This document shows, in pieces, positions 25,246 through 35,132 of a DNA stretch of 43,576 nucleotides. The stretch spans positions 1 to 43,576 of the forward strand of contig DAOVGL010000024.1 of the NCBI GenBank assembly GCA_030672415.1. The letters are read 5' to 3'. Position 1 is the stretch's first letter; the number at the start of each line of letters is the position of its first letter. The position numbers and the translations under genes were made by a program. Under the pieces are notes generated by a model, which was not told the origin of the DNA, did not search any database, and saw only the letters and a list, made by a program, of their open reading frames with translations. The stretch is from Candidatus Bathyarchaeota archaeon (lineage in GTDB: Archaea; Thermoproteota; Bathyarchaeia; Bathyarchaeales; Bathyarchaeaceae).

Positions 25246-28200
25246 TAAACGGCCTCCTTAAACACGGTTGAAACCACGTGGGAGGCACCGTTGTGCTCAT
25301 ACACGCCGTAGACACTCTTTGCTTTGCTGACCATCTCAGGCTTAAGAGTGACAACCAAAAACTGGGATTTCGTTGACCCCTCAGCCAACAACTCGCCCAG
25401 CCTAGATACGTGAAAGGCATCCAGATGCGCGTCGACTTCGTCAAACAAGTAAAAGGCTGCGGGTGCGAAGTCTTGCAAGGCAAATATGTATGCAACAGCG
25501 GCTACGGACCTCTCTCCGCTGCTGGCTCCATTCACGGGTATTGGAGGCTTACCCGGGAATTGAACAATCATGTCCATCCCGCCAGTGAATGGTTCTTCTG
25601 GGTTATCTAACTTAAGCGCGGCTTCTCCTTCATCAGTAAGTTTCGAGAAATACTCAGCGAATTTTTCGTTTATCTCATTGAAGGCTTTCATGAAAACTTT
25701 GCGTTTTTTCAGTTCAATTTCGTCCATGAAAGAGATTATGGCTTGTTTTTCTCGCTCCAATTCGTTCATGCGCACGGACAATTCTTTGTATCTTGAAACC
25801 TGTTCAGCGTAGTGGGACTGAGCTAATTGATTAACGGCTCCGAGACGCTCCAGCTCTAATCGCATCAGCCTGAGTGATGATTCCACCGTTGTGAGCTGAT
25901 CTGGCGAAACCTTTACAGGTTCCTCGCAGCCGATTTCCCTTAGATGATGACGATGCTGGTCTGCCTGTAACCGAAGTGTTTGCAGTTCAAGCTGAAGCCG
26001 ATTGTGCAATTCCTCAGCTCGCTCGTACTCAGCGTCTAGTCGACGCAGATGCTTGTCGATGTTGTCAATTTGAGATGTGAACTTCCCTACTTCTTTTCTG
26101 GCAGTTAAAATTGAACGAGAAAGTTCTTCCTTAGAGGTTTCAAGTCTTTTCACCTCTTGCTCTAGCGTCTCCCTTTGTTCTAGCGCTTCCTCAACCTCCC
26201 TTTCTAAAATAGAGAGTTGTGCACTCACTTTTCTAAGCTGAATTTTAATGTTAACGGAACCCATTTTGAGAACGTTTTCAAATTTAGACCGGAGAGTTGC
26301 TAGTTCGGTTTCCACGCTGCCAAGCCTTTGCCTCAACTCTATGATTTCTTCACCTAAAGTTTCTCGCTGAATCTCCATTCCCTGAATTCTAGACGGATCC
26401 GTTTTCTGTCGTAGGATGGCTAATTCCTTGTTTAGCTCTTGTATCTTCTTTTGAAGGGCTTTACGTTGTGATCTTTGAAGCTCCACACTTGTCTTTCCCT
26501 TTTCAATCCGTCTTTGAGTACGTTGAGTAAGCCCATCAATACGTTTCATGTTACGCCTAGTTCGCTTGATGCTTCTGCGTATTCGCGTGATTTCGCCTTC
26601 AAGAGTAGTGATAGCTTCGGCTAGACGAACGATTTGCACGCGAGTCTTAGCGATTTCCTCTTCGAAGGTGGTCATCTCGTCTCCTCTCCTCGTCAAGTGT
26701 TCTTGAAGAGTTTTTACAGCATCCTCTAGGCTTTTGACAGCGGACTCGCTTGGGATGATTGTGGAGAAGTCGATTGGAGATCGGTAGTATCCGCTTTCTA
26801 TTCCTCCACCAGCTTCGTAGAGGTCTCCGCTAACAGTGACTGTTCGATAACCACTGCGAGAAGCGGCAATAGCTGTTTTATCGTTCTCTGCTATCAAGGT
26901 GTCTCCGAAAACGAAAATTACTGCTGGCTCATACCGTTTTTCACGTTTAACAAATTCGGAGGCGACCCCTCTTACTCCTCTGATTTTTGTGGGATTAATG
27001 GATTTAGCTGGCAAATTCTCGAGTGGAATAATTTTCACTCTGCCGAGTTTCAAGCGTTTCAGTGTTTCAGCACACGTGAAGGCTGCGTCAAAATCTTTAA
27101 CAATAATAGAGTTGAGCCACCCAGCTGCCGTCGCCTCCATCGCTTGCCAGTAAGCCCCATCCACTTTAATCAGATTTTTGAACCTACCGTAAACTCCTGG
27201 GATCACGCCAAGCTCCCCAAGCTCCTCGATGTTTCTCAACGCTTTTTCCTCACCCGCAACAGTTTCAGCGAGTCCCCGCTGAGTGACAAATTCTACCACT
27301 GCCTCTCTAGCTGACTCTGCGATCTTTCCCGCCTGTGTAATCTCCTTCGCTATGTAGTCTTTCTGAATGGATTTTCGGTCCAAAGTTTGTTGAAGACTCT
27401 TAAACCGACTCTTCTGCTCCTTTTGAACGTTTTCAAGTTCCTTAAGAGATGTTTTCAGTTCATTGAGGGTAGATGCAAATCTGTCCTTGCGGGCGTTGAG
27501 ATCATATAGCCTGCCTGAGAGAGTTCTAATTGTTGTTTTACTTTGTACGTAGTCGCTTCGAATATCGATGAGGTTTTGGTAAATCTTGTCCAATCGTTGT
27601 TCAATCTGCCGAATTTTTGTGCTGTTTTCACCTAAGTTTGCCCAAAGCTGTGCGGTTTCGTTTTGGAGGACATCGTGTTGGGATTGTTTAATCATGATCT
27701 CCTTGGATAAGTGATCATACGCTCGTTTCAGTTTTCGAATTTGTTTGCGGTTTTCAACAATTTCATTTTTGATGGCTTCAAGTTGTTGAGTGTTGTTTTC
27801 TTTCACTCTTCTAAGTCCTTCAAGGCTTGCTGTTCCTGCACCTGTTTTTGTTGTGAGTTCGGTTAACTTCGATTTTATGTCACCTATCTTGATTTGAACT
27901 TCGAGAACGCGGGTTCCGCGCTCTTCAACTTTTTCTGTGCTGAGTTGTCTCCATTCGTTTTCGATTCCGCGACGTTGAGACCTTTGCTCTTCTCTTAGTT
28001 GCCTTGAGTTTTCAACTTTGTCTCTGACTTCTTCGGTCTTTGATGAAAGATCATGTATTTTTCTTTCAGTTTCTAAAAGTTCATAGGAAACTTTCATTGC
28101 TTCGAACTGCCTGATTTCATTTTGAATGAAACCGTAGCGAAGCAGCTCGTTTCGTTCCCTCTCTAAATCATCTACTCTCTTCTGCACCTCATCTACTCGA

Positions 28201-28802
28201 CCCATAGCGGTTCGAATAGATATTTCGGCGGCTCGAAGCTTCTCTTCGGCTTCAGCCTTTTCAGCATCATACTGAGCTATCCCAATCATGCCCTCTATCA
28301 TTTTTCTGCGTTCATGAGGAGAAATCTCAGCTATGCGCGTAATTGTTCCCTGCACAATCACGTTGTGTCCAGTGGGACTAATCCCAGCCATGGATAATAT
28401 GTCAATGATGCGATTTCTGGAAATTCGCCTTCCGTTAAGCCGATAGACGCTTTGACCATTTTTGTGGACTTCGCGAGAAATGGTTACTGTGTTAGTGTCC
28501 ACAGGTATACGTTTGTCAAAATTGTCAAATTGAATAACAACCTTAGCTGCTTTAGCCTTCTCCACCCCTACTTCCGGGGAGCCATGAAATATGAGTTTTG
28601 AGAAACTTTCAGCGCGAAGCCTTCTAGCGCTCAGTTCGCCTAATCCGAATAAAACGGCGTCCACAATGTTTGTTTTGCCACTGCCATTTGGGCCTGTAAG
28701 CACGGTGAAACCTTTGTCTATCCGGATGGTTGCAGTTTTTGGACCAAAGGACTTAAAGCCCTTAATTTCAATTTTTTTAATATGCGGCATTTTTTTGAAC
28801 AT
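25245..28802 (-). CDS. smc: chromosome segregation protein SMC
   Basis: 1185 aa. Walker A GPNGSGKTN, long coiled coils, hinge (GVYGRFKNLIKV...), Walker B FYLFDEVDAHLD. The signature motif reads ASSGE rather than LSGGE. The likely true start is ATG 28790 (MPHIKKIEIKGFKSF). Confidence 0.95.
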   Translation of the reverse strand: MFKKMPHIKKIEIKGFKSFGPKTATIRIDKGFTVLTGPNGSGKTNIVDAVLFGLGELSARRLRAESFSKLIFHGSPEVGVEKAKAAKVVIQFDNFDKRIPVDTNTVTISREVHKNGQSVYRLNGRRISRNRIIDILSMAGISPTGHNVIVQGTITRIAEISPHERRKMIEGMIGIAQYDAEKAEAEEKLRAAEISIRTAMGRVDEVQKRVDDLERERNELLRYGFIQNEIRQFEAMKVSYELLETERKIHDLSSKTEEVRDKVENSRQLREEQRSQRRGIENEWRQLSTEKVEERGTRVLEVQIKIGDIKSKLTELTTKTGAGTASLEGLRRVKENNTQQLEAIKNEIVENRKQIRKLKRAYDHLSKEIMIKQSQHDVLQNETAQLWANLGENSTKIRQIEQRLDKIYQNLIDIRSDYVQSKTTIRTLSGRLYDLNARKDRFASTLNELKTSLKELENVQKEQKSRFKSLQQTLDRKSIQKDYIAKEITQAGKIAESAREAVVEFVTQRGLAETVAGEEKALRNIEELGELGVIPGVYGRFKNLIKVDGAYWQAMEATAAGWLNSIIVKDFDAAFTCAETLKRLKLGRVKIIPLENLPAKSINPTKIRGVRGVASEFVKREKRYEPAVIFVFGDTLIAENDKTAIAASRSGYRTVTVSGDLYEAGGGIESGYYRSPIDFSTIIPSESAVKSLEDAVKTLQEHLTRRGDEMTTFEEEIAKTRVQIVRLAEAITTLEGEITRIRRSIKRTRRNMKRIDGLTQRTQRRIEKGKTSVELQRSQRKALQKKIQELNKELAILRQKTDPSRIQGMEIQRETLGEEIIELRQRLGSVETELATLRSKFENVLKMGSVNIKIQLRKVSAQLSILEREVEEALEQRETLEQEVKRLETSKEELSRSILTARKEVGKFTSQIDNIDKHLRRLDAEYERAEELHNRLQLELQTLRLQADQHRHHLREIGCEEPVKVSPDQLTTVESSLRLMRLELERLGAVNQLAQSHYAEQVSRYKELSVRMNELEREKQAIISFMDEIELKKRKVFMKAFNEINEKFAEYFSKLTDEGEAALKLDNPEEPFTGGMDMIVQFPGKPPIPVNGASSGERSVAAVAYIFALQDFAPAAFYLFDEVDAHLDAFHVSRLGELLAEGSTKSQFLVVTLKPEMVSKAKSVYGVYEHNGASHVVSTVFKEAV

Positions 28803-28905
28803 CCTCTCCGTGATTTAGGCTTGAAGAGTTATACCTAATCGTTTTTGGGCTTCTTCTAGAAAAATATTATAGAAAGTGGTTTTAACTCTTGTGCAAGCGA
28901 AGCTT

Positions 28906-29445
28906 CTACTCTCTTTCCTGTTTTCTTTTAATCTGATACTTTTTTGCTATATTTTTGACAAAATCTTTGACTTTTTTAACATCGCCATAAACGAGCATAT
29001 ACCCGTTTTTTTGCATTTTGCAGGTAAGGCTATTTGCCTTAGCCAATCTTTCCATTTCACTCTTGGAAGTTTCTTTTGAAACCTCAATTCGCACCCAGTG
29101 TTCACCACGCGGGATTCCCGCGACAAACTTTGGTGGGGCTTTTTCTTCCTCCTCAGAAGCTTTTCTAGCCTCTTCTAGCTTCTTCATCCATTGTTCAGCG
29201 TAGTCTGCGCTGAATTTTTCTTGTGCCGTGAATATGAGGTGTGATTCCACATTTTCCAGGTACATCTCAATCCTTGGAAGATTTTCAACGTGTGTGGGAT
29301 CGGCTTTGAGAATCTGTATCATAGTCTTAGCAGAGTGTAAATCGTTCATCACGTGTTTTGGGATAGTTTCTCCTTTCTTCCGGATTTCAGTAATCAAATC
29401 AGCCAGTACATTCCATGCTTCTCCGTAGCCCATTTTCAATACCAC
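28906..29445 (-). CDS. conserved-looking hypothetical protein (179 aa)
   Basis: Long ORF with helical N-half, acidic linker and compact C-domain. Family not recognised with certainty. The start could be GTG 29445 or ATG 29433. Confidence 0.55.
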   Translation of the reverse strand: MVLKMGYGEAWNVLADLITEIRKKGETIPKHVMNDLHSAKTMIQILKADPTHVENLPRIEMYLENVESHLIFTAQEKFSADYAEQWMKKLEEARKASEEEEKAPPKFVAGIPRGEHWVRIEVSKETSKSEMERLAKANSLTCKMQKNGYMLVYGDVKKVKDFVKNIAKKYQIKRKQERE

Positions 29446-29570
29446 TTCAGTCGTTTTTACTCCTTCAGGTATCCATTATTCTCTTTCCTTTAAATTTTCT
29501 GCATAACTGTTTTATATCTGCTTCTCTACAACTGAACAAGTAAAATATGTTTAATTAGCGAGTGGAGGAA

Positions 29571-30308
29571 ATGAGTGTGTTTGCGGTGCCCGGGGCTTAT
29601 GATCGAGCCATAACAGTGTTTTCCCCAGATGGGCGCCTTTTTCAGGTTGAATACGCCCTCGAAACGGTGAATCGCGGAGCAACTATATTGGGAATTGCTT
29701 GCTCCGAGGGAATTGTATTGGGGGCGGAAGAGAAAATTGAAACAAAACTACAAGACCCCAAATTCACTTGGAAACTTTATGAGATAGATGATCATCTAGG
29801 CGCTGCGGTTGTCGGTTTGGGATCCGATGCCCGCATTCTCATCGACCAAGCAAGAGTTTACTCTCAGAGCAACAGATTGATGTACGATGAACCCATCGAT
29901 GTTGAGATTCTAACAAAGCGCGTCGGAGACATAAAACAACTGTATACTCAACACGCTGGAGTCAGACCTTTCGGGGTTTCAGTCATCTTTGGCGGCATAG
30001 ACAAAACTGGAAACCGAGTGTTCTCAACTGATCCAAGCGGATCCTACAGAGGATACAAAGCTGTTGCGGTAGGGATTGGCCGCGAAACGGTTGAAGCCAT
30101 CTTAAAGGAAGAATATCGGGAAGACTTGAAACTTGATGAGGCAATTAAACTCGCCACGAAATGCCTAATTAAGGCGCTTGAGGCAAGAGGAGAAACGATA
30201 AGACTCAAGTTAGCCGTGGTCCCAACTACAACAAAAAGGCTTCGAATGCTTACCAAAGAGGAAATCGAAGGCTACAAGAAGGGTCTCCAAGGCAGTGGAG
30301 CCCCATGA
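29571..30308 (+). CDS. psmA: proteasome subunit alpha
   Basis: YDRAITVFSPDGRLFQVEYA is the alpha-subunit signature. GGAGG Shine-Dalgarno 2-3 nt upstream of ATG 29571. Confidence 0.95.
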   Translation: MSVFAVPGAYDRAITVFSPDGRLFQVEYALETVNRGATILGIACSEGIVLGAEEKIETKLQDPKFTWKLYEIDDHLGAAVVGLGSDARILIDQARVYSQSNRLMYDEPIDVEILTKRVGDIKQLYTQHAGVRPFGVSVIFGGIDKTGNRVFSTDPSGSYRGYKAVAVGIGRETVEAILKEEYREDLKLDEAIKLATKCLIKALEARGETIRLKLAVVPTTTKRLRMLTKEEIEGYKKGLQGSGAP

Positions 30309-30994
30309 GTGAACGTTTCACAATTGCGCGTTTAACCCATGAAGGAGAACACTTCGAAATCCTCGTCAAACCGCAATCAGCTCTTTCCTATAGACTTGGA
30401 AAAGTCACGTCGATCTCTGAAGTGTTGGTCACTGACACCGTTTTCACAGACTCTAACAAAGGGTTGAAGCCTTCGGAAGATAAACTGTCTAAAGCCTTCG
30501 GAACCACGGATCCTCTTAAGATAGCCAGTATAATACTGAAGAAGGGCACATTACAGTTAACCACTGAGCAACGAAAACAATTAATCGAAGAAAAGCGAAA
30601 ACGGATTATCTCCTTCATATCCCGCCAATGCGTTGACCCAAAAACAAACCTTCCCCATCCCCCTATACGCATAGAGCGAGCGATGGGACAAATTCACTTC
30701 TCCATTGATCCCTATAAAGAAGTTGAGGAACAAGCAAAAGAGATTGTAAAGCTCTTGCGCCCAATCCTACCCCTCAAAATGGAGAAAGTCTCCGTGGCCA
30801 TCCATATCCCACCTGAGCACGCAAGTAAAGTTTACGGAACCGCTAAGGGATTTGGCACTATCAAACGTGAAGAGTGGCGGGCTGACGGATCATGGTTCGC
30901 AGTTGTGGAATTACCCGCTGGACTTTATGGGCCCTTTCTGGAAAAGCTTGGAGACATGACTCGGGGTAAACTTGAAACGAAAATGGTTAGATGA
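30305..30994 (+). CDS. sdo1: ribosome maturation protein SDO1 (SBDS family)
   Basis: 229 aa. FTIARLTHEGEHFEILVKPQSALSYRLG is a typical SBDS N-domain. ATGA overlap with psmA. Confidence 0.9.
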   Translation: MSERFTIARLTHEGEHFEILVKPQSALSYRLGKVTSISEVLVTDTVFTDSNKGLKPSEDKLSKAFGTTDPLKIASIILKKGTLQLTTEQRKQLIEEKRKRIISFISRQCVDPKTNLPHPPIRIERAMGQIHFSIDPYKEVEEQAKEIVKLLRPILPLKMEKVSVAIHIPPEHASKVYGTAKGFGTIKREEWRADGSWFAVVELPAGLYGPFLEKLGDMTRGKLETKMVR

Positions 30995-31725
30995 TTAAAA
31001 CTTTATTATGTAAGGTGATGAATTTGCCTACTTTCTACGAAAGAAAACAGATCGTAACTCCTGGAGATTTGTTAGCAGAAAACGATTACGTGGCTGGCGA
31101 CAACACATACAAAGAAAATGGCAAGATTTACGCCACACGAGTTGGACTCGTCGATTATGACAATCGTGAAGTCTTTGTGGTCGCTTTGAAAGCATTTTAC
31201 GTTCCGTTCATTGGAGATGTGGTCATAGGAAAAGTGACTGAAGTTTCTCTTGGTGTATGGCTATTAGACATCAAGGCGCCATACCCAGCAGTGCTTCGAG
31301 CGTCAGATGCTTTTAACCGACCGTTTAAGCCCCAGAGAGACGAGATGCCCTCCATATTTGACGTAGGCGACCTTGTCATAGCTAAAATAGTTGCCTATGA
31401 CCGAACACGAGACCCTCTGTTAACTGTTAGTGACCTTGGTCTCGGAAAGATCAAGCGGGGACAGATTGTTGAGATCACTCCTACAAAGATTCCTCGAGTT
31501 ATTGGAAGACAAGGTTCAATGATAACTATGTTGAAGCAAGAAACGGGCTGCCAAATAACTGTTGGCCAAAACGGCGTAATTCTTGTTAGCGGCAAGTCTC
31601 CTGAAGATGAGCAGCTCGCTGTTATGGCTATTCGCAAAATCGGAGAGGAAGCCCATACGAGCGGGTTAACGGATCGCATAACTGAAATGATTAAAAATGA
31701 AAAGAGAGATGTTGAACATGCCTAA
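30991..31725 (+). CDS. rrp4: exosome complex RNA-binding protein Rrp4
   Basis: 244 aa. N-terminal domain, S1 domain ([11 protein letters not shown]) and KH domain ([23 protein letters not shown]). Confidence 0.9.
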   Translation: MIKTLLCKVMNLPTFYERKQIVTPGDLLAENDYVAGDNTYKENGKIYATRVGLVDYDNREVFVVALKAFYVPFIGDVVIGKVTEVSLGVWLLDIKAPYPAVLRASDAFNRPFKPQRDEMPSIFDVGDLVIAKIVAYDRTRDPLLTVSDLGLGKIKRGQIVEITPTKIPRVIGRQGSMITMLKQETGCQITVGQNGVILVSGKSPEDEQLAVMAIRKIGEEAHTSGLTDRITEMIKNEKRDVEHA

Positions 31726-32458
31726 GAAGAAAACTAAAAAATTAATAGATAAAAATGGTGTTCGGATAGATGGAAGAGAATTAAACAAGTTAAGACCTAT
31801 AAAGTTAGAAGTTGGTATTCTCGACAACGCTGATGGCTCTGCATACATCGAACAAGGAAAAAACAAAATTCTCGTTGGGGTGTATGGACCAAAGGAAGTT
31901 CACCCTAAACACTTAGCTATATCTGATCGAGCTTTGCTTCGCTGCCGCTACCATATGGCACCGTTTTCAGTTCAAGAGAGAAAGTCACCTGCCCCCTCAA
32001 GAAGGGAGAGAGAGCTTTCAAAAGTGATCAAAGAAGCCCTCCAACCCGCCATCTTCGTAAAGTACTACCCACGAACCTCCATCGAACTGTTCATCGAAGT
32101 TCTACAAGCCGACGGTGGAACAAGATGCGCAAGCCTCACAGCTGCCTCTTTGGCACTGGCTGACGCAGGCATCCCTATGCGAGATTTGGTAGCAGCATGT
32201 GCAGCTGGAAAGGTTGAAGGACATTTGGCGCTGGACTTGAACGATACCGAAGACAAGGAGGGTGAAGCGGACTTGCCCGTGGCATGGATACCTACCTTAA
32301 ACGCCGTGACGTTGCTTCAGATGGATGGAAAAGTAACGCTTGAAGAGTTTGAACAACTTGTGAACATGGCGATAGAAGGGTGCAAACAGATATATCCACT
32401 TCAAAAAGAGGCTTTAAAAGCGAAGTATATTGCGGTTAAGGAGGAAGTGAAAGAATGA
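31697..32458 (+). CDS. rrp41: exosome complex exonuclease Rrp41
   Basis: RNase PH fold: [43 protein letters not shown]. The start is uncertain (31697, 31709 or 31718). Confidence 0.9.
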   Translation: MKREMLNMPKKKTKKLIDKNGVRIDGRELNKLRPIKLEVGILDNADGSAYIEQGKNKILVGVYGPKEVHPKHLAISDRALLRCRYHMAPFSVQERKSPAPSRRERELSKVIKEALQPAIFVKYYPRTSIELFIEVLQADGGTRCASLTAASLALADAGIPMRDLVAACAAGKVEGHLALDLNDTEDKEGEADLPVAWIPTLNAVTLLQMDGKVTLEEFEQLVNMAIEGCKQIYPLQKEALKAKYIAVKEEVKE

Positions 32459-33252
32459 AATCTCCAATCATTATTCGCGTGAAACAGAAGCAGATCGCTC
32501 AGTTGGTTTCCCATGGAAAGAGGTTGGACGGACGAGGATTAACCGACTATCGTGAATTACAACTAGAGACAGGAGTCGTTGGACGCGCTGAAGGTTCAGC
32601 TCGTGTGCGCCTAGGCAAAACCGAGGTGCTAGTAGGGATAAAAATTGAGGTGGGCAAACCGTTTGCCGACGTACCAAATAAGGGAGTCCTCACCGTGAAC
32701 GCTGAGCTGACGGCTCTCGCTTCACCATCATTTGCACCCGGACCGCCTAGCGAAAACGCTATAGAACTCGCGAGAGTCGTTGACCGCGGCATACGAGAGT
32801 CAAAGGCAATTGTTCTCGAGGAGTTGTGTGTGGAGCCCGGGAAAAAGGTTTTCATCGTCTTTGTCGACGTTTACATTCTTAACCACGACGGAAACCTTAT
32901 AGATGCCTCAGCTATGGCGGCATTAGCAGCTTTGATCAACACTAAGATGTTCAATTATGAAGTGAAAGAAGGCGAAATTAAGGTGAAGCCAGGCTACACT
33001 CCGCTTCCAGTGAAAAACTACCCCATAGCTGTGACTTTTGCCAAGATAAATGACAAACTTATAGTGGACCCATGGCTAGAGGAGGAGCAGGTTATGGATG
33101 CAAGGCTCACCATAACCACAGACAAAGACGGAAATATTTGCGCGCTACAAAAGGGTGGCTATGGCTATTTCACGACACAACAAATCTTAGAAGCTGCAAA
33201 AATAGCTAAAAACAAGGCAGAAGAACTGCGAAAGCGCGTGGTGAAAGGTTGA
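32455..33252 (+). CDS. rrp42: exosome complex component Rrp42
   Basis: 265 aa, second RNase PH-like subunit ([32 protein letters not shown]). ATGA overlap with rrp41. Confidence 0.9.
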   Translation: MKSPIIIRVKQKQIAQLVSHGKRLDGRGLTDYRELQLETGVVGRAEGSARVRLGKTEVLVGIKIEVGKPFADVPNKGVLTVNAELTALASPSFAPGPPSENAIELARVVDRGIRESKAIVLEELCVEPGKKVFIVFVDVYILNHDGNLIDASAMAALAALINTKMFNYEVKEGEIKVKPGYTPLPVKNYPIAVTFAKINDKLIVDPWLEEEQVMDARLTITTDKDGNICALQKGGYGYFTTQQILEAAKIAKNKAEELRKRVVKG

Positions 33253-33552
33253 ATGGGCAGACGAAAGCGAAAAAAGAAGGTGGGCCCAACAAGAGGACTC
33301 GGACCCCGCTACGGTTCAACCCTCCGAAAACGAGTTGTTAAAATCCTTTCAGGAATGAAGAAAGCCCACAAGTGTCCCCAGTGCGACAGCGAGTCGGTTC
33401 GAAGAAAAAGCGTGGGCATATGGAGTTGCAGAAAATGTGGCTTCACCTTCACTGGCGGCGCCTACGTTCCAGTTACAAAATTGGGTATCATAGCAAAGCG
33501 AACGGCTAAGGGCTCGCTAACCGTGGAAGTGCCTCTGGAAGAGGAAAAATAG
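33253..33552 (+). CDS. rpl37ae: 50S ribosomal protein L37Ae (eL43)
   Basis: 99 aa. GPRYGSTLRKRV plus Zn ribbon CPQCDS...CRKCG. Confidence 0.9.
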   Translation: MGRRKRKKKVGPTRGLGPRYGSTLRKRVVKILSGMKKAHKCPQCDSESVRRKSVGIWSCRKCGFTFTGGAYVPVTKLGIIAKRTAKGSLTVEVPLEEEK

Positions 33553-33553
33553 A

Positions 33554-34111
33554 GTGACGTTGTTAACAACCTCTCGGAGGCCAACACCAAGAATACGAAC
33601 GTTTTGTCGTGACCTCGCTCGTTCTATCCCTAATGTTGTTCGAGTTAATCGTGGTAAGCTGAGTCTTGATGGGATAGCTGAAAAGGCTCTTGAATTTAAC
33701 GCTGACCGAGTTGTTATTGTTGATCGATGGAAGGGTGGACCTGGCAAAATCGAATTTTTCAAGATAGGACAAGAAGGTTTAGTCTCTGTTCCTCCCATAA
33801 TGTACGTCGCAAGCATAAAGCTTCAAAGAGAATTTAATGGGGCAAAGACCAGACCTATTCGCTCACTCATCATAACTACACCATCCGAAAAATCCAATGA
33901 AATCGTAAGGATTGCACGGTCTTTGTCAAACTTTCTAAACGTTCCACTGCCCCAGATGGATAAGGCGGTTTCAAAGTCTCAGGCCTCGATGCACATTTCA
34001 ACTGATGATCTGCATCGTATTCAAGTTACGTTCATGCTTCTCTTTCCTGAGACCGTTGAAATAGGCCCTTGTATCACCCTGTCACATGTGGTGTGGGAAA
34101 TCAAAAAATGA
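33554..34111 (+). CDS. Brix-domain (Imp4-like) ribosome biogenesis protein
   Basis: 185 aa. TTSRRPTPRIRTFCRDLARSIPN is a typical archaeal Brix N-terminus. Superoperon position after eL43. Confidence 0.8.
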   Translation: MTLLTTSRRPTPRIRTFCRDLARSIPNVVRVNRGKLSLDGIAEKALEFNADRVVIVDRWKGGPGKIEFFKIGQEGLVSVPPIMYVASIKLQREFNGAKTRPIRSLIITTPSEKSNEIVRIARSLSNFLNVPLPQMDKAVSKSQASMHISTDDLHRIQVTFMLLFPETVEIGPCITLSHVVWEIKK

Positions 34112-34383
34112 AGTCTCATGTTATTGTACGGCTAAATTTTCCGTCTGAAAGACATTTAGAAATCGTGCTGAGTGCTTTACAGCCTGAAACCAAGACTCCG
34201 CCTTCTTTTCGCTCTAAAGTGAAAGTGGAAGGGGTAGGCGCTACTTTAACGTTGAGTTTTGAGGCGTCAGACACTTCCGCCTTAAGAGCTGCTTTGAACT
34301 CTTACCTTCGCTGGGTCAATATTATCAATGATTCGTGTCTCGTTTTGGATTCTATGTGCAAGGAACAAATTAAAAACACTTAA
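34108..34383 (+). CDS. pcc1: KEOPS complex subunit Pcc1
   Basis: 91 aa from ATG 34108, which forms an ATGA overlap with the Brix stop. The sequence LNFPSERHLEIVLSALQPE...LSFEASDTSALRAALNSYLRWV fits the Pcc1/CTAG pattern. Confidence 0.7.
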   Translation: MKSHVIVRLNFPSERHLEIVLSALQPETKTPPSFRSKVKVEGVGATLTLSFEASDTSALRAALNSYLRWVNIINDSCLVLDSMCKEQIKNT

Positions 34384-34446
34384 TTAACGCTTGACCCTTA
34401 ATGCTGAGTTCAGAAAAGAAATATGTGAGGCTATGGAGGAATTACG

Positions 34447-34815
34447 ATGAGTAACGAAGTTTCGAGGCTCCCACCCCAAGTTCAACAACGATTGTTGAGG
34501 CTTCAGCAGTTGCAACAGACACTACAGTCAGTGTTGACGCAAAAGCAGCAGCTTGAGCTGGGACTCACCGAGGTTGAACAGGCTTTAAGTGAACTAGAAA
34601 AACTTACTAAGCAAGCTGTCATTTACAAGTCCGTTGGCTCGCTTCTAGTGAAGGCAAAGAAGAAAAAAGTGACTAAGGAATTGAAGGAACAGAAGGAACT
34701 CCTTAACATGAGAATCAGCGTGTTAGGTAAGCAGGAGGGACGTCTGCGGACTCAACTAAAGGATCTGCAAACTAAACTTCAGCAAGATTTACGTCCAGTT
34801 TCACCTCCACCTTAA
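34447..34815 (+). CDS. pfdB: prefoldin subunit beta
   Basis: 122 aa coiled-coil / beta-hairpin / coiled-coil layout (QQLQQTLQSV...VIYKSVGSLLVK...LQTKLQ). Confidence 0.85.
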   Translation: MSNEVSRLPPQVQQRLLRLQQLQQTLQSVLTQKQQLELGLTEVEQALSELEKLTKQAVIYKSVGSLLVKAKKKKVTKELKEQKELLNMRISVLGKQEGRLRTQLKDLQTKLQQDLRPVSPPP

Positions 34816-35132
34816 TGGTGGAAAGATTTTTGGAAGAAATGAGCATACCAGAACTTACCTCTGAGCAGGTGGAAGAATTATGCGAGGTTGCAGAGAAGGC
34901 GGCGAGAAAATACGTGTTGTCAAGAGTTCCTTCCCGCAGAATCTCTGTGCTCAATATAACCGTTGAAACCGAAGGAACAAAACCAGTCTCCGTAAACGTT
35001 GATGTGGAGATTGCTCTGTCGTCTCTGATGAAAAACTATGATGTAAAAAAATTGGCTAACGAAGCCATGAAAAAAGCCTTCGCATCCGTTGAAAGGTGTT
35101 TAAGGGATTTTACATGCAAATCGACAAAATAA
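34815..35132 (+). CDS. small conserved archaeal protein (DUF3194-like)
   Basis: 105 aa. TAATG overlap with pfdB. The position after prefoldin beta matches what I recall for DUF3194. Not searched. Confidence 0.55.
   Translation: MVERFLEEMSIPELTSEQVEELCEVAEKAARKYVLSRVPSRRISVLNITVETEGTKPVSVNVDVEIALSSLMKNYDVKKLANEAMKKAFASVERCLRDFTCKSTK

Noticed and set aside
24307-29428. ORFs inside or opposite scpB, scpA, smc and the 179-aa gene: 24307-24489, 24668-24946, 25031-25213, 25226-25495, 25410-25812, 26899-27153, 28591-28818, 28876-29079, 29018-29203 and 29228-29428.
   Set aside because: Out-of-frame or antisense shadows. Long coiled-coil genes such as smc commonly generate these.
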